Shown: piece after piece, positions 60,661-64,000 of the stretch
How the letters are laid out: each line of letters opens with the position of its first letter
Position numbering within the stretch: the first letter of the stretch is position 1
Assembly (NCBI GenBank): GCA_028534125.1
Contig: CM052817.1
Location: 102,240,001 to 102,304,000, forward strand
DNA length: 64,000 nucleotides
DNA from: Lama glama
Taxonomy: Eukaryota
Reading direction: 5' to 3'
Made by a program: the position numbers and the translations under genes
Notes under the pieces: generated by a model
The model's database searches: none
What the model saw: the letters and a program-made list of their open reading frames with translations, nothing else
What the model was told of the DNA's origin: nothing

Positions 60661-61869
60661 TCCAGTTGGCCATTTCTTCACAACCCACACTTTGTATAGA
60701 CCAAGTCAAAGTTTCCGAGATGCCTTGCTTTGACTTCTACTTCACCTCTCAAGCTAAGCTTTCTCAAGCTAACTCTTTCAGGTTAAAAGACTTCTGGAGG
60801 TTGATATGAATGTGAAAAGAATTTTTTTTTTTGAAGCAAGAAATTTTCAATTGTATGGGAAAGGAAATATCAACCCAGAACTGATTTCCAAGGGCCTCGG
60901 ACAATTTTTTGTACATGTGGGCTGAACTATGAAACCCCTGGAATTAAGATGAAAAACATCAGCGTGAGAAGTTTTTTTGTTTGTTTTTGACTAATGACAT
61001 AGTGGATGTAGCCAAGTTACCCATTACAGCAGGTGCAGAAGCCCCTCTATCCAAAATGGACAGTGTTGTCAAGGAGGAGACTGTCCATTGTGGAGAGGGG
61101 GGCCCAGCAGAGTCACAAGGGAGTGAAGGTCCCAGCTGGGGGCATTTGTGCTGCTGGTGCTCTAGGTCGCACCTTTCACTGACTAGTCCTGCTGTCCTGT
61201 GCCCTGGAGGGTCAGTGCAGATGCATTCCGAGTACAGGATGGCAGCTGCTCCTCTCTTTTGTCTTCTCCTCTGGAGGTGGTAAGCTGTTTCATTGACTGG
61301 GGCACCAAGACAGGGAATTAAGGCGTGTATAAGCACGAATGAGAAGTAGAGAAGATGAGGAAATCCAGGAGAAAACCCCAATCTGTCTTGAAATCCTTGT
61401 TCACCCCAAGCATGAATACCAGCATTGTGTCAGCCAAATCCTGGGATCCAAAAATAGGAACCAACCTCATCAGGCACTCAGACCATCCTGTATTCTGTTA
61501 CCTTGAGGGAGAATGTTGTTATTTGTGACCTGTGGTTCCTACTGCTGCTGTGAACCTTTAGATTTAAATCTGCAGAAACTGTCAGTTGCTTGATGGTGAA
61601 AAGACATTTGTCCTCTCACGTTTGTCCCCTCTGTACCCCTTAGTCACATTCATAACCTAACTAACTAGTCACTGAAATAACTCTTCCACTTGGTGAGGAT
61701 GACAGGAAAAACAAATATCTAATGTAGAAATATGGGGAGAAAAATTTCAAGATAGAGGGAAAATTCAGGGAGATAATATGGGGGTTCTTCATCCAGCTGA
61801 CCCCTTCCTAACCGAAGTTTCTCCATCCAGCACTCAGCAGAACAGCACGCTCAACTCTGCAGGGATGCC

Positions 61870-61996
61870 CAAGCTGTCCCGTATGGCAGCCGTCCCTACG
61901 TGAGACCACTGAGCACTTGAAATGCGGCTTGTGTGAATGAGGACCTGTCTAGTTTTATTTTATTTTAGTGAATTAACATTTAAAATTAAATAGCTG
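61870..61996. mobile_element. MER3/MER33-like hAT fragment
   Basis: GCTGTCCCGTATGGCAGCC...TGAGCACTTGAAATGCGGCT...TTTAAAATTAAATAGC. Confidence 0.6.
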
Positions 61997-63611
61997 TAGG
62001 ATCCTAAGGGCCATTATGTTGAATCGCATTGCTCCAGAGGATTTCCAAACCTTGCTTATGAAAACGCTGCTCCTTTAGAAAAGGCAAAGCTCCAAGAGGG
62101 TGGGAAAGAAAGGGGCCCCAGAGCCAGGCAGAGGCAGAAGGTGGGCCACCACATTTGACCTTGCTGGTGACCGTGTTTGGAGCCCCTGAGGACTCCAGAA
62201 GCTGACACTGGGAGAATAGAAATGGGCTGAGATACCCTTTATGATTCTCGTCCAGGCTCATGAGAATTCTACTCTATTCATTGTGTGTAATTGTAGTTTC
62301 TCCCTTCCTGTAGACATTTTTCTCATTTGGTGAAGTGTTGGTTGCTAGGAGACTGAATTGCCTTTTCAAGTAGAGTATTTCAGAGAGAAACAATTCACAT
62401 GATTTTCTTCTTTAGTGAAATGAAAATGTGTACAAGGTTTGCAATGTGCAGGGGAAAAGTCAAGCTTTTACATTTCTTTGTGTCTTTGTTTTAGCAATCA
62501 CTGACTCTTTCATTTACTTTTCCCACTGCTTCGTGCAGCAAGAAAGAAAACAAAACCTGGCTGCTTTTTCTGTAGAATTTATTAAGAGAAACATTCCTTG
62601 GCTTCCTCCCAGGGATGGTGAGGTGATATCCAGCCTGCTTACCTCACAAGGGAGCTGTGAGTGAGAATCAAAAATAATAACACTTATAATGGAAATGGAA
62701 ATTGTAAAGCATCATCCACCAAAAATGTGTTAGTATTGCACTCATCAGCTCATGGTTTTATCCAATGATTTCTTCGGACTCTGATTTTCATAAATTGTCA
62801 AAAATCAGTCCGTCTGAACACATCATCTAATAAATGAAGAAACCACAACTTGGAGAAATGAATACATTCTTCCAGGCTTCTACAAAGATTTCATTATTCC
62901 ACACTGATTTCTTAGAGGATATGAACAAAACTCTATTAAATGTTCAGGCTGACTTTTGTAATCAATGTTGACAACCACGGAACCCCGGAAAAAGAGCTGT
63001 GTGAATGAAATTAAAATTTCCTATATAACTCACCTAATACAATGTCTGGTGTTCAAGTGCGCGACAAAAAATAGCTATTAATTAATAATAGTAATGATGA
63101 TAATAACTTAGCTAGTGAAGAGCTTTTCTTTCACATTTCTTGGCAATTGCTTTAAAAATTCAGTGATAGTAATTTTTTTTTTCACCAACTAACAGAATCC
63201 TCTGAGTCTTGTTGGAGAAATTTGATGACATTAATTAATAGTCAGAAGCTAAGGAGTTTCCTTCCCTTTTTGTGTATTTGATCAACAGAACAGTTCACCA
63301 TGCAGGGAATAGGAACATTTAATTTAGAAGGAAAGATTTTATCATGCAAAAACTTCTGTAGCTGAAAGCTCTGTATGATCCTTATATTGAATGCCATATT
63401 TCCCCAGGTGAATTACGGTTTTGAAGAGCCCAAACTCCTTAGAAAGTGTCAGCTCTCTCACGTACCCTGGAGGGCGTCTTCCACAAAGGAACTAGCATAA
63501 AACAAGTACTTGGATGCAGTCATGCTCTTCAAGGTGACACTAGCTTATAGACAGCATCCCACAGGCAGGAGGAGCCGGCTGCGCACTGTTGCAATGTCTC
63601 TGGACCCACCC

Positions 63612-63773
63612 GGAGGTTCTCAGCCCTGGCTGTGCTTTAGAGCAGCCGGAAGCTTTTATAATCACCTAGACCTCCCCCCTGGCCCATCAGAGTTGTCTCT
63701 GGGAAGTGAGGCAGGTCCAGGCAGCTTTTAAATCTTCCAGGGTGAATCCAGTGTGCAGCAGTGTTAAGAACGG
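63612..63773. mobile_element. MER5B-like hAT MITE
   Basis: GGTTCTCAGCCCTGGCTG...TTTTAAATCTTCCAGGGTGAATCCAGTGTGCAGCAGTGTTAAGAAC. Confidence 0.6.
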
Positions 63774-64000
63774 GGTCTTAAGGCATTTTGATTTCCAGTT
63801 TCTCTGACTTAAAACAAGCACTTCCAGGTCCACAGCACTACCCTGGCCCCAGCTTAAAGAGCTGTGAGATCAAAAGTCCTCTGCATCATCTAACAAGAGA
63901 TTGCTACCAGAAGGTCCGCACAGAATCTCCCAGCGGCCCATCGTCCTCCCACCCCCACCCCCGCCCTACTCTCCTCCCGCCCCCTGCCCCCCACGTCTTG

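Noticed and set aside
1..64000. CRISPR arrays, operons or other prokaryote-type systems; exons of a neighbouring gene; processed pseudogenes
   Set aside because: The sequence is clearly mammalian. I saw no regularly spaced repeat-spacer array and no other ORF with recognisable protein similarity. Small or non-coding exons cannot be excluded by eye.

Overview
This is mammalian genomic DNA, most likely from a camelid. That inference rests on five tRNA-Ala-like SINEs of the vic-1 type and the apparent absence of Alu, Bov-A/tA and PRE-1 elements. The only protein-coding feature I can support is the large first coding exon of a Dachsous-type protocadherin, DCHS2, on the minus strand. It runs from the ATG at 38241 to a GT donor after 36205 (679 codons) and encodes a long signal region, five complete cadherin repeats and the start of a sixth. 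The exon lies in a ~3 kb CpG island that also covers the promoter. Bases 1-36204 appear to be intron 1, which includes a 500-N assembly gap, and ~39.4-64 kb is upstream intergenic DNA. Both flanks are filled with L1, L2, MIR, MaLR/ERV LTR and DNA-transposon relics plus microsatellites. Repeat family names come from recalled consensus sequences and need RepeatMasker/Dfam confirmation; boundaries are approximate unless a TSD is given. I found no convincing new multi-gene system. The best leads are a TSD-bounded SINE/L1-3'-end composite, a uORF cluster in the DCHS2 leader, an RFX/ETS motif cluster ~21.5 kb upstream, orientation-dependent loss of L1 poly(A) signals in the intron, an inverted L1 pair, a three-layer nested insertion and a MER41-like LTR with a STAT-type site.
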